Below are positions 37,180 to 50,430 of a stretch of 64,000 nucleotides of DNA, piece after piece. Below the pieces are notes generated by a model. The model searched no databases, was not told the origin of the DNA, and saw nothing but the letters and a program-made list of their open reading frames with translations. The position numbers were made by a program, and so were the translations under genes. The DNA comes from Camelus ferus (lineage: Eukaryota). Where the stretch lies: positions 21,886,001 to 21,950,000 of the forward strand of contig NC_045717.1 in assembly GCF_009834535.1 (NCBI RefSeq), written 5' to 3'. Position 1 is the stretch's first letter; every line of letters starts with the position of its first letter.

Positions 37180-39960
37180 TTTTTTCCTTCTAGTTTTATT
37201 AAGGTGTAATTGAGGTGTGGTTTTTTAAGGAACCTCCATACCTTTCTCCATAGTGGCTGCACCAGAGGAGTTTTTTGTGTAGTTTAGATAACAATCCTTT
37301 ATAAGGTATGTCTTTTGCAAATTTTTCTCAGTATGTGCTTATCTTCTCTTAATAGTGTCTCTCACAGAGCAGAAAATTTTAATTTTGATGAATCCAGCTT
37401 ATCATTTCTTTCTTGCACAGATCTTGTCTTTGATGTCATGGCTAAAAGGTCATCCCCAAGCCCAAGGTCATCTAGGTTTTCTCTGATGTTGTCTTCCAGG
37501 AGTTTTATAGTTTTGCATTTTACACTCAGGTCTGAGGTCCATTTTGAGCTAATTTGTGAAGGGTATCAAATGTGGGTCTGGATTCATTTTTGCATGTGGA
37601 TGTCCAGTTCTGGTACCATTTATTGAGGACTCTCTTTCCCCCTTTGCTCCTTCATCAGAGATGAGTTGATTGTATTTATGTGGGTCTGTTTCTGGGCTCT
37701 CTCTTCTGCCCCACTGATCTATTTGTCTGTTCTTTTGCCACTACTATACCATTTTGATTATTGTACATTCATAGAAAGTCTTGGAGTCAGGTAGTGTCAG
37801 TCCTCCAACTTTGTTCTCCTTCAATATTGTGCTGACTAGTCTGGGTCTTTTACCTCCCCCAGAACTTGAGAATATCCATAAAATAAGTTGCTGGGGTTTT
37901 GATCAGAATTGTACTGGCTGTATAGATCATGCTGAGAACTGGCATCTTGACAGTATTGAGTCATCCTATCCATGAACGTGGACTATTTTTCCATTGATTT
38001 AGTCCTTTGATTTCTTTCATCAAATGTGTAGTCTTCCTCTTGTAGAACTTGTACATATTTTGTTAAATTTTTACCCTAAGTATTTAATTTTTGGGGGGTA
38101 GTGCTACTAATGTGAAGAGTATTGTGTTTTAAATTTCAAATAGTTCTTTTGAATTACTGGTACATTGGAGAGTGATTGAATTTTGTATATTAACCTTGTA
38201 TCCTGCAATGTTGTTATAATGGCTTATTAGTCCCAGGAGGGTTTTTTTTTTTTCATTGTTGTTTATTCTTTTCGATTTTTTACATAGATGATCTTACAAT
38301 AATAAGACAGTTTTATTTCTTCCTTCTTAATCTGTGTCTCTTTTATTTCCTTGTCTTGTCTTATTGCATTAGCTAAAATTCCAGTATGTTGAATGGCACA
38401 GGGGACATTCTTGCCTTGCTCCTGATCTCAGTGGGAAAGCTGTGAGTTTCTCACAGTAAATACGATGCTAGCTGTAGGGTTTTTGTTTTGTTTTGTTTTG
38501 TTTTTTGGTAGATACTTTTTAAAAGTCGAGGAAGTTCCTCTCTATTCATAGTTTACTAACTTCCCATTTTTAAAAAATTGTAAAAAAAAATACAATATAA
38601 ACATTACCATCTTAATTATTTGTAGGTGTATAGTTCAGTAGGGTTAAATATATTCACATTATTGTGTAACCAGTCCTCCCAGAACTCTTTTTAACTTGTA
38701 AAACTAAAACTCTATATTTCTTAAATACCTTCCCATTCCTCCCTCCCCCAGCCCCTGACCACTTTAGATACTACTTAGCTACGTAACTGGAATCACACAG
38801 TATTTGTCGTTTTGTGTCTGGCTTATTTCTCTGAGCATAATGTCCTCAAAGTTTATTTGCGTCATAGCATGTGTTGGAATTTCCTTCCTTTGTAAGACTG
38901 AATTGTATTCCATTGTATTTTCCCATGTGTTAAAAATTCCTCTCCTGTGACTTGTTTATATTCTGTTGGCCTCTTCTCTTCAGGGCAACTCTTTTTCTCA
39001 TTGATAGTCGGGAATTCTTTATTAAGATTCCCTCTCCAAAATAAGAAACTCTACCTGTGAAACAGTTATTCTCTATTGCCCCTTCCCCCTGCCCCTGGCA
39101 ACCATAATCTGCATTCTGTTTTTATAGGTTTAGGTGCTCTGGACATTTCATATAAAAGCAGTCATAGTGGGGCAGGTATAGCTCAGTGGTAGAGTGTGTG
39201 CTTAGCATGCATGAGGTCCTGGGTTCAATCCTCAGTACCTCCATTAAATTTTTTTAATTAAAAAAATAAATAAAGCAGCCATAAAATGTGTGATCTTTTG
39301 TCTGTCTGCTTTCACTTAGCAAATGTTTTTGAGGTTCATTCACGCTGTAGCATTGATCAGTATTTCCTTTTTATGGCTGAATAATATTCCATTTTGATAT
39401 ATATCACATTTTGTTTATCCATTCACTCATCATGGACATTTGGGTTGTTTTGATCTCTTGGCTCTTAGGAGTAGTGCTGCTATGAACATTTCACATACAG
39501 GTATTTATCTCTGTCCCTATTCTCAATCCTCTGGATATATACATAGGAGTGGAATTGCCAGGTCACATGGTGAATCTGTTTAATGTTTTGAGAAATGACA
39601 AAACTCTGTTCCACACTGTTTTACATTCCCACCAGCACATATAAGAGTGGTTCCAACTTTTCCACATCTTCACCAACAATGGTTATTTTATTTTTTGCTG
39701 TATTCATGGTTATGGGTGTGAAGAGGTGTCTCGTGGTTGTGATTCACATTTCCTTAGGACTAATGACGCTGAGTGCCTTTTCATGTTCTTATTGGCTGTT
39801 TGCAGATCTCCTTTGGAGGAATGTCCATTGAAGTCCATCTTTAAAATATTGCCCATCTTTAAAATGTTGTTGTTGTTGAGTTGTAAGAGTTCTTTATATA
39901 TCCTGGATACCAGACCCTTTTCAGATACATGGTTTGCAAATGTTTTCTCCTGTCCTGCAG
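37180..39960 (-). mobile_element. Antisense L1 ORF2/3' fragments
   Basis: ORF2-like remnants (QPLWRKVWRFLKK; EKTFANHVSEKGLVSRIYKELLQLN) and tttttgtgtagtttagata..aggagttttatagttttgcattttacact text. Confidence 0.8.
39166..39271 (+). mobile_element. vic-1-like SINE
   Basis: Near-intact tRNA-Ala head plus A-rich tail, imperfect TSD aaagcag(t/c)cata. Confidence 0.85.
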
Positions 39961-40789
39961 CTTGTCTTTTTTGCATATTCCTTTTAAATTGTACTGACTA
40001 ATAATATTATGTGTCTGTCACTACACCTCACAACTTCTGATCCTTGAACAGTGACCGCAATTTAGATCTGAGTCCCTTTCCTTTACCTCCCAAGATCAAA
40101 GGGAACTTATCACTATTCTGAATTTTGTTTTCTGTTTATTAAAAAAATTCCACTAGATAGATGTTCATGCCTCAAAAATACATCATTTTGTTGGAGTTGC
40201 TTTTGAACATTATAGAATGATCAACAATTTCACATGATGGGCAATGGTTTTCCAAAATGATTCTACCAATTTACCGTCCCCTGCCCCCGCCCCCAGTCAT
40301 ATATGTGAGCCTGCTGATTTCTCTCTTCTCCCGACAGTTGCTGCTTTGGCCAGTTCATTTTTGCCAATCAAATGGGTCTAAAGTGGGATCTCATCGTCTT
40401 GCTTTGCATTTTCCTGATTATTCATGAGATTTCAGTTAAGTCTTCATAAGTTTATTGGCCCTAAGTGTCTTCTCTTCTGTGAATGTCCACTCTGGTTTTT
40501 GTTCCTATTTTGAAGTCGGTTGTCCTTTTCTTCCTGATCTGTTGGCGTGTTAGGAAGATCTAGGTCTACCTTTAGGGATGAAGAGGAAAGGCATTTGCAC
40601 TTCTGGTCATTGCCAGATACTCCCCATTAGGGGGTGATCCTGGGCTGGTCCATCTTCCTTGCAAATCTCACCAACAGAGGATGCTGTCACTGCCTTTTGT
40701 CACGACAGCTGGCGAGAAAGCACGTCTCCTGGTAGTTTGAATTTGCGCTTTGCTTATATTGTGTGAGGCTGAGCGTCCTTTCATGTGCA

Positions 40790-41430
40790 TCCAGGCTGTC
40801 TGCCTCTCCCCTGTGGGCCACCTGCTCACCTTTCCACTCCTCTCCCCTCCTCTTAGGAGCTGTTGCTCTTTCTCTTCACGGCTCCTCCTTCCCGTTTCTA
40901 TCTGATCCCCCTTCACATCGTGTTGGCTTTTCCTCTTCTTTCCCCATCTCTCTCCCCCCTTCCTTCCCTCCTGGTCTCTGCATCCTCTCTCCATGCTCCT
41001 AGTCCAATCTCTCATCTGTTTTCTCTCCAGTGCCTCCTTTCCCTCCGCCTCCCCCACTGTCCCTTCCTTCTCTTTTCCTGTTTGCTTGTTTGTTGCATGA
41101 CACCTGCAGCTCTTTTTATTTGTTCTCCCCTCTCGCGTCTTTCCAGCTCCTCTCTCGGCATCTCTAAAGCCTGCCTCTTGAATCTCCTTTCTCTGCCTTT
41201 CTTCCCCTCCATCCTCATCTCTCAGTGGACACATTCTCCTGTCTGCCATCTCTCTCCCTCCCACCCTCTCCTCTTTGCTGAGAAGCACAGGAGACGAGAT
41301 CCGCCCCCTGCCCCCTTCCCCCTTCCCTCCCTCCTGTGTCCATCAGCCCCATCCCGGCTGTGTGTCTCCTCTCCCTGCTGCCCCTCAGCCATCTCTTGAC
41401 TCTCCTCCGACCCTTCTCTCTGGTATCCCC
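40790..41430. repeat. CT-rich low-complexity tract
   Basis: Strong pyrimidine bias on + over ~600 bp. Confidence 0.8.
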
Positions 41431-41979
41431 CTGAAGGCAGCACATTCTGGCCTGGCGTGGGACCTTGTGGTTGTGACTTCTGGGGTGTGGTCAGGGCACC
41501 TTCCCGCACAGCTCCTGAGGAGACACTGAACTCACCCAGGTGGACCTTGGGAATCCTACAGGAAGGAAGCTCGTACTTCACTGTCTCCAGGGAGGCCCCG
41601 GAGACCCTGAGGATAGGGTTCTGCCTGCCTCACGCAGGGGCTGCAGGGACAGGCGCTCAGCCTCCCCTCCACCCTCTTGCACGGTCCTATGTGACCTTTG
41701 GCGGAAGGACTCCACCTGTCTGAGCCTTGTACCTGCTCACCTGTCCTTGGTCTGTGAGTAGCTGGCTGAGGGCTGCCCTGGGGTGGAGGGAGGTGGCTTG
41801 GCTAAAGCATTGGCTGGGGGCCTGGGGCTCGCCTGAGGCGGGGGTCCCTGGGGGTGGGCGGCTGTGAATGTCCTGTTGGTGAGGTACAAAGTCCTGGCTG
41901 CCATGGGGCCCCAGGAGATGGCTGAGGAGCTGTGACAGGGATGCAGACTCTCAGGCAGAGAAGGTGGCTCCGTTCAAGT

Positions 41980-41985
41980 TTTATT
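41980..41985 (-). terminator. CERS4 polyadenylation signal
   Basis: TTTATT on + (AATAAA on -) ~290 nt past the CERS4 stop codon. Confidence 0.75.
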
Positions 41986-42271
41986 GGACCCCTTTCTGCC
42001 CGGAGCTCTTCACAATCCCCAGGCCCCAGAGGTGGCTCTGGGGGACCTCAGGAGCCTGTGACTGCCCACCCCCGGCTGTCCAGTTACCTGAGGGAAGGAG
42101 GGAGGGTGGGCAGAGGAAGGGGCTGGAGACAGATCATCAGCCCTCCCCGCCACCTGGGGGCAGGGCCCTCCCTGTCTCCACACAGCTGGCCCCAGGGCCG
42201 CTGGTCCAGCCACCTCACAAATCCAAGCTGCCGGGTGCTGGGGCAGCCCCTCGCGGCCAGTCCTTGGCCAT

Positions 42272-45200
42272 CTACGTGGCTCGTGTGTGCCCATTGGCCA
42301 CCCGCCCGGCTGCCCGGATCCGAGGGCCATCGGTGGGGGCTGCTCCAGGCTGGTGAGCTGCCCCATTCTTCAGCCGCGGAACCTCTGGGGCCGCCTCCCC
42401 GTCGCTCGAATCCGACTCCTCCACGTCACTGCGAACATCCTTCTCCATCTGGGGAACCGGGAGGAGGGAGGGGTGAGGCGCGGGGCTGGGCTGGAGGCTC
42501 CAGGGAGGCCCACACCAGCCCACCATTGCCCAGCCCGGCTCTACCTGGCCTTTCTTCATAAAGCTGTAGATCATGCGAAGGATGAGGCAAGACCAGAACA
42601 CGTGCAGCAGCTGCAGCAGCATCAGAAGCGTGTTGAAGAAGTAGTAGCTGAAGAAGGGTTCCAGGTTGGCGATGGATTCGTAGTACGTGGTGTAGATGAT
42701 CCTACAGTGGGCGAGGAGCGAGAGGCCGGGGTTCACCAGCTGTGGCAGGCCCCTGTCCTAGGAAGCACTAACGTGTGTGACTTTCCCAGCTCTAGAACCT
42801 TCTATGGCTCCCCGTGACCCACCCCGGACTGATACCTGTGTCCCTCAGCTGGGCATTTAAGTACCTCCCTCACCTGGTTATATTAAGTTAGTAGAACACA
42901 CAAGCTTGCCAAGGGACCCACGCTCCCATCTCCCCACTTCATGGCTGCTTCCTCTCCATCCCTGCAGGCCTCCCTGACCTGCAAACATCAGGGGACCCCA
43001 GGACTGGGCCTCTCTGTCCATGCCTGGTCCCTGGTGACTCGTCTCGTGGCTACGAATACTGGACATTTACGTCTCTCCCCAGAACCCCAGGTGGGTGTCC
43101 ACTGCTTCCTCCACATTTCAGTGGTGGTAGTTGGTGGCGGTTTGCAGGTCCCTCAAACCCCAGCACAGCCAGAGCTGAGCTTCTGATCCTCAAGCAGCAA
43201 CTCATGGCCCTTGAGTCACCCTCCCCAAGTCCACCTACTTCTCTCACCTACACTGGTCCAGCCCCATCATTGCCCACCTGGACCAGGGCAGTCACCTCTG
43301 CCCTGGCCCCCAGCTCGTGCTCGAATGTCTCACCAGCTATTCCCCCTGCAGCCACCAGAGGGAGCCCGTGAGTACTGCCAGGTCCCACCCCACCTCTGTT
43401 CAGAACCCTCCAGGGCTCCTACCTAGCTTGGGATAAAAGCCCAACTTCTCCCCAAGGCCCAGAAGGCCCCGCTTACTCTGGCTTATCACCTCCTCCCTCT
43501 CCCTCTTGCCTCACTCTGATTCTGTCACACAGGCCTCTCTGTTCCTCCAGCATGCTGGGCACGGTCCTGCCTCAGGGCTTTTGCACATGCTGTTCCCTCT
43601 GCCTGGACCACTCTTCCCCTATGATCAGTAATTTTCTCCCTCACTTCCTGCCAGTCTCTATGAACTCTATCAGTGAGGTCTTTTCTGACCACCCAAATTC
43701 CAACTATCCACACAGTTCCTTTGCCCTTCCCAACTTTTTCTCTTTAGCACGATCACTCCCTCATGTACTCCACAGTGTACTTGTTTGCCTTGTTTATTCT
43801 ATTTCCCCACCCACCAGTGTCAGCTCCAAGCAAGCAGGGACCCTCACATGGCTCCCTCGGCTTGGTGTGTGAGGCTCAGCACTGGGCTGACTGGGCGAGC
43901 TGGCGTCCAACCCTGGCTCCTAACCCATGTTCCATGCACACGGGATGATGACTGAGCCCAGTTTTCTGTCTCTCCTACCCTTGGGCCTTTGCATATCCTG
44001 CGCCCTGTGCTGGGAATGCCCTGCCTTGCCTCCTCCTGGAAGCCTCCCAGCCAACAACTCCAGCTCCCTGGATCAGGAAACCAAGGGTGAGGTATCTCAG
44101 CCACACCCGGCCATCTCTCCAACGCCCAGCGGGAGGGCTGACTCACTCTGTGGGGAAGAGCACAAGGCGAGTGTAGAAGAAGACCAAGGAGAAGATGATG
44201 AAGAGAGTGTCGCAAGTGCGCCGCCAGTGCGTGTAGTTGAACAACTTACAGGCCTGGGGAGGACAGCAGAGAGAAATGGATTCAGGAGGGGGAGGGCAGG
44301 GCTGAGAAGCGGGGGGCCTTCCTCCCAAGGAAAAGGTGCTGTGCGGCTGGGCCAGGTGAGTCAGGGCAGGGTCTTATCTCTAGGAACTGCCTAGAAACGT
44401 AAGAAGTGTGTCTGTGAGTGGGAGAAGCTTCTTTGCCCAGGAAGACTGACAGGGGAGGAGGCACCTCAGCTCCAGGGGCCCTGGGAGGGCAGGGGCGGGC
44501 CCACCTCCAGCAGGAAGTCGGAGGAGTCGTGCAGCAGCAGCACCAGAGAGCCAATGCGCAGCAGGTTCGCGCTGTAGGAGAAGACGATCAGGGTGATGGT
44601 TATGAAGTGATGCACCACCTGCTCCTTGAAATCCTGCGGGAGACCAAGGAGGGATCACAGCCCTCAGGGCTGGGGACAGGCCCTTCCAGGGGGCTGCTTG
44701 GCGAGTGGACTCCGCACCTCCTGCCAGAGGCACCAAGGGTCTCAGGGTGTGCGGGTCATGACCGCTCCAGGGCTTCACTTCTTCAGACGGACTCTTGGCC
44801 TGGCCTCACCTTGCGCTTGATGTCGAAGGGCAGCGTGATCAGCAGGGAGATGTAGAAACTCAGCTCCATGAGGTACCAGTGGTACAGGGCCAGCTTCAGG
44901 GTCTGTGGTGGGGTGTGCAAAGTTAGCTATGGGGAGTGGAGGCTCCTGTGGGGCGGGGGCATGGGGCAGGCTCCTCCCCATTTGCTCAAACCCACGACAC
45001 TTGAATCCCAGTGAGTGAGGAAGGCATAAGCCCCCCATCCCTGGAGGTAATAAAGGGCAGTAGTCTTGTGGCAGCTCCTGCTCTGAGTTTCCCGACTCCT
45101 GGCCCCTCTCCATTCCACAGGGAAGGCAAAAATAAGAGTGGGAATCGGAGGGGAATTATGGTATGATGTCCAGCTTTGGTTCGCTTGCCTGTGGCCACAG

Positions 45201-48200
45201 GAACTCTGAGCACCCTGACCCTCCCACCAGCCTGCAAACACGTCCTGCCACTCACCTGCTTTGGGTAATTGTCCCAGCACATCACCGGCGTCCACAGCCA
45301 TGACTCCTGCAGGGATGTGGGAGTCTGAGGCTGTCCAAAGCTTAGAACCCAGCCCCCCACCCCAGCCGCCTCAGGGCTCCCTGGCCCTCGGTGTGCTGCT
45401 CTCACTGTAGACAAGGTGCTTATACAGAATCCCCAGCCCTGACACACAGTAGGTCCTCAGTAGGCACCCACTGAGTGAACATTCACCCTGACCTTGCCAT
45501 GTTCTCTCTACCCTCTCTGGGCCTTTGCATGTGTTTTCCCCTCTGCCTGAACCCCACAGCCCCCTCCCCCATCCAGTCCAGGTCTAGCACTGAGTAGGTG
45601 CTTGTGGGATAGGCAGAGGGGCAGATAAGCTGTCAGGGACACTCACGCGGTACAGGACCAAGAGTCCACCGATGAAGGAGCACAGGTAGAAGACGAACCT
45701 CCAACTGTGGGAGGGGACGGAGCCCACGGGGCAGCTGTCAGAGGGGCAGACCTCCCCCGCCCCTGCCGCTGCCCCCTCAACACCCCCTCCCCAGCGCGCC
45801 CTGCGCTCACCTGGCCTCACAGAACTTCTTGCTCAGGCAGGGCCGGTCCTGGTTCCGGCGTCTCCGGAACCAGTGTTGGGTCTGCCGCAGCGTGAGGCCG
45901 CACTGGGTGGCCAGGAGGGTCATCTGGGGCTGGGGAGGGGGTGATGGGGGCCAGGGTCACAGAGGCTGGCTTCCTGCCTCTGTCATGGGACAGGCAGGCC
46001 ATCCCCTGCGGCCCCAGACCTCACCTGAGGGGTTGTCTGCCTATGGAGGTGGGGGACTAGGGGGCTTCACAGGGTGGGGCCCCCCCAGGATAAGCCTTAC
46101 AAAAACCCATCTCTGCTCCCAGGCAGGTGACTGACTGATGGGGACTGGGATTAAGAAAGAGGCTGGGGGGGCAGCCCCCCACAGAGGTTTTCTTGCACCC
46201 CTTCCAGAAGTCAGGCCTTACCCCAACTCCGACCTGTGGAGGGAGACTGACAATGGGGGGGGGGTCACAGGCACTCTGTTCAGCAGGAGCTGCCTACCAC
46301 CCCCGCCCAAGGGATGGAGACGCCCCCTTCCCTGCTTCCCCCAGGACCCAGCCCAGCACCTCCCACAGCCCAGACCCTGCCCACCAGGCAGACCCACTGC
46401 GGATGGGACTAGAGGGAGGGTCACAGGACCGCCTTTGGGAGTGGGGGGCCCCCAGAACAGGCCTGCCAATGCAGGTCCCAGTGAAGTGGTGGTGGTGGGG
46501 CACTGTGGGGGTATCAGAGGCTGCCCTGGCCTTTCCCTACCCCCAACAACTGGGCACATACTGCTCCCAGGGCAGCCCAGCAGGCCACTGGGTTTGGAGG
46601 AGAGGGTCGGGGGACCTCACCTCTGTGGGCCTCTGCCCTTCCGTCAGGAAGTGCTTCTCCAGAGCGGCAATGGGCTTCACCAGCCTCCTGGTCTGACTGC
46701 GCAGCCCCAGCCACCGGCTCAGGGGCAGGCCGACGAATCTGCGTGTAGGGGAGACAGCCCATCAGTCCAGGCGGGGAGATGGAGGCCCAGAGGGGCCAGG
46801 TCACGTCTTGGGAACCTGGAGGGGGTGGCCTGACCACTGCATGGGGCCAAACTTAAGAAAGGCAGCTGGAATGGTCTTGGGGATGGAGGAAGAAGGGCAA
46901 CTTTTGGGGTAGCCAGGCACTGTCAATCCCAAAACAGGGATGAGAGTCCCCTCCCCACCAGCCTCATGGTGGCCTGGGTCCTGGGTGCCTCCCACCAGGC
47001 TAGGGACTCCCTGTGGGCAGGAGCAGCTCTGCTTCCTCTCTGGCCTCCCTCCTCCCAGCACCCCAACCCCTCCTCCAGCTTAGACACTGGGAGGAGCCAG
47101 GACCCTGGTCAGTCAATCACCAAATTGTCCACAAGGGGGCCCCCAAGACCAGGGGTCAGGAAGGAATTTCCTGTCTGCCTTGCCAACATCACCTTTCATT
47201 TGGGGAAACTGAGGCTCTGGGTGGCCCAGCAAGAACTTGTGTCAGACTCAATTGTGTTGGGGCGCAGGGGTGGGGTGGGGAGAGTAAGAATGGACATGAC
47301 ATGTTTATTGAATGTTTATGATCTTCCAGGCTAGTGTCCAAGTCCACCTCACGTGCTGGCTCACTAAGCCCTATTATTATTGTCCCCATTGTCCTGATGT
47401 GCAAACTGAGGCTCAAAGAGGTCAGAAATACACCCAAGTGAGTGGCAGACCTGGAAATGGAAACCAGGGTTCACCTTCACTTAACGGGAAAAACCCTTGC
47501 CTTTGACCCCAGAAAAGCTGCCTCCAATCCCACTGCCCTTCGGAAAGGCAAGGGGCGCCTCTGGGGCGAGTTAACACCCCCACCTCAGCTGGAGCCATCA
47601 GCTAAATACGTGAGGAAACAGACCCGTCCTTCAGGGCCTGGCTGAATTGGGCCTCCCTGAATTCCTCAGGCAAAGCCTCAAGCCCTGCAGACCTACCCGC
47701 TGTGTGTCCTCAGGCAGGTCACTTGACCTCTCTGTACTTCCAGTGCCGCTCCCATAAAATGGGGTTAATAACAGTTCCACCTCACAGGGTTGCAATGAGG
47801 GCTGAGTTAAGACGCTGAACTGCTTAGAGCAGTGGCTGGCCCAGTGTAAGAGCTCAAACAGCGTCTGTTAAATACCATGTTTAAGAATGTTCCCTGGGCT
47901 CCCTGGGTCCAGCCTGCGTCCAGGGAGCCCAGGCCCCAGGAGGCTCCTCATGAGTGCAGAAGCCAGACCAAAGTGCAGGATGCTCCCGTGTCCCTGTACT
48001 CAGGGTGGGACACAGGAGGGGACCCAAAGTGGGGGCGGGGGGAGGGCTGAAGGGCTCTGTAGGGGGAGGGGCAGGAGTCCTGGGAACCCAGCCTGGAAGG
48101 AACCGCAGGGGAGTGAGTGCAAGGGCCAGGGGGTTGCCAAGAAGGTGGGGGGCCTGAAATCACACGTGAGGAGTGGAGGAGGGGGAGGGGCCCTAGGGTA

Positions 48201-49169
48201 TGGAGGGGGAATCTTGGCGGGGTGGGGCAGGCCATGTGGGAGGGCTGCAGGCAGTCTGGCAGGAAAGGGCCTGGCAAGGAGGGTCTGGGAGCTGTTGATC
48301 AAGTGGGAAAGGGCACGACCACCTGGGACAGAGGGACCTCAGGAGAGATACCCACGTCCAGGAGATGGACAGCCAGGGAAAGGATGGACCCCAGTTTGGG
48401 GCAGCATCTGGGGTACATGAGAAATGATTGAAAATCCACGGGGTTTGGCAACCAGGAGGTCACTGGGAATCTGGGCAGGTGGCATAGACTCAGGGGCCGG
48501 ATGCCAGGCTGCAGGAGGCTGGGGGTGAGTGGAGGGGACCACAAGGAGCTGGAGTGCCCATGCCTCTTCCTTTGGCTACCTTTGGAAGGTGTTAGAAAAA
48601 GCAAGGAGGGAAAGAGGGTGGGGAAGAGGGCGGGGTGGTGGGGGGAGAGGTGCCCAGATGGTGCTGAGGGAGTGGGGAGGGGGCAGGAACGATGCCTCTG
48701 CAGACCTGTCCATGGGCAGCAAAGCGGGTACATCCCCCTCCAGGCCCCCTACTCATTTTCTGAAGACGCTGGCAGGCCCAGACCAGAGCTCTGGGCAGTG
48801 GTCCACAACACCGGGCATCAGCGATCAGAAGAGTGCGAGTGGCGGCAGCTGGGGGCAGGACGGAGTCAGGAAAAGCACTTTGACCAAAGCCAGGCTCCAA
48901 CCAGGGACACATTAGGATGAAACCATGCAGGTGGGGCAGCACCAGGTGGTTGCCACAACACGAGGGACGACGTGCCAGGGCACAGCGGATACTCACCTCT
49001 CAAAGGTAAAGCGCACGGCCAGCAGCACCAGCGCCAGGGGCAGGGCCATCAGCATGTCCCGGGGGTGGGGGTAGACCAAGCCATCTCGGTCCTCTAGGTC
49101 AGCCCATGAGTTGTTGGCTGGCAGCCAGAACCTGTCCTGCCACAGCCACTCGTTCAGGCTGGACCACAT
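42272..49169 (-). CDS. CERS4: Ceramide synthase 4, 393 aa, 10 coding exons
   Basis: Coding exons 49169-48997, 46738-46621, 45929-45811, 45704-45647, 45306-45256, 44902-44810, 44633-44505, 44253-44147, 42701-42545 and 42448-42272 (1182 nt, GT-AG, phases consistent). [17 protein letters not shown] start, Hox-like [11 protein letters not shown], Lag1p motif [11 protein letters not shown]...LLLHDSSD, C-terminal [12 protein letters not shown]. The ATG exon begins at an acceptor, so non-coding exons lie upstream. Confidence 0.97.
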
Positions 49170-49919
49170 CCTGTAGACATAGGGTCCGGTGAATGGAGAG
49201 GTCGGCAGGCAGGATGGGTGGGGCGGGAGAGCCCATCACCCAACCCTCGTCCCTCACAGCACACCTGGCGACCTGGAGTTTATTCCAACCAGTGTTAAAG
49301 ACAGACTTGGGCTGTGTGTCAGGCAACTGACCCGACCTCTCTGAACCTCAAGTTCATCTGTAAAACAAGGACAGTAATACTGAGGTCTCAGCCCAGCCTG
49401 ATAAGGTGCACAAAGTGCTTAGCCCGGTGCCTACTGACCTTCACAATACAGCTCCTGACAGTAGTTATTATTCTGTACCTTACAGACTCCGGGACGGTGG
49501 CCAGAAGCCAAGGGAGGGGCTGACTTCTCAAGTGCCGGGAAAGGCTTCCTTACATTGCAGAAAGAGGCCTTTGATGCAGCCCAAAGATGAAGGATTTAAG
49601 GAACGCCACAGCCCCCTCCCTGGCCATCCTTCCAAACGTGGATTCCCCTTGAGGTGTGAATGTTGCCTGGCTCACCGTCCCAACAGCCCGGCTGTGGCTG
49701 GACAAGAGCGCCTACTGCGTGACCGAGCACTGCGTGGAGCAGTGATCACAGTGAACCAGCTTCTCACCCAGACCTGCTGGGGGAGCAGCCCCTACCTGTG
49801 GGGTCCAGTCGTCTTGAGGAGCCCCCCAAGTTTTTCCCTTTCCCAAGATTTAAGACATGTGCCCAAAACCCCACACTGGTCCCCACTTGGGAAGTTTGTT
49901 CATTCATATGTTGTCTGTC

Positions 49920-50430
49920 CATCTACCCATCCACCCACCTATCCATCTCCCCCATCCATACATCCATCTACCCACCTGTCTATCCATCCATCCACCTACT
50001 CATTGTCTGTCTATTCATCCACCCACGCATCCATCCACCGATTTGTCTGTTCATCCATCCAGTTACCTGCCTGCCCACCTGTATGTCTATCCATCCATCC
50101 ATCCATCCACCCGTCTAGACACCCATCCATCTACCCATCCATATACCTATACCCATCCATCCGTATACCCATCTGTACATCCATCTGCCTACCTGTCTAT
50201 CTACCTGTCTGTTCATCCATCCATCCACCCACTCATTGTCCATCTACTCATCCATCCATCCATCCGTCTAGTCATCTGCCTGCTCAACTGTCTATCTACC
50301 CATCCATCCATCCACCCACCTGTCTACCCATCCATGCATATATACCTGTCCATACATCCATCTGCCCACCTGTCTGTCTACTTGCCTGTCCATCCATCCA
50401 TCCACCCACCTATCTGTCCGTCCATCCACA
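49920..50430. repeat. Degenerate (CATC/TCCA)n simple repeat
   Basis: About 500 bp of ccatccatccacccacct-type units. Confidence 0.9.

Noticed and set aside
39168-39242. Apparent tRNA-Ala(AGC) gene (and similar copies elsewhere)
   Set aside because: Followed by the SINE AT-rich tail, flanked by a TSD, and part of a multi-copy diverged family, so these are SINE heads rather than tRNA genes.
33645-39976. Short ORFs with L1-like peptides
   Set aside because: Fragmented L1 ORF2 remnants; no intact autonomous element.
40668-41399. 206-aa (-) and 178-aa (+) ORFs
   Set aside because: Products of the GA/CT low-complexity tract, with no domain or splice support.
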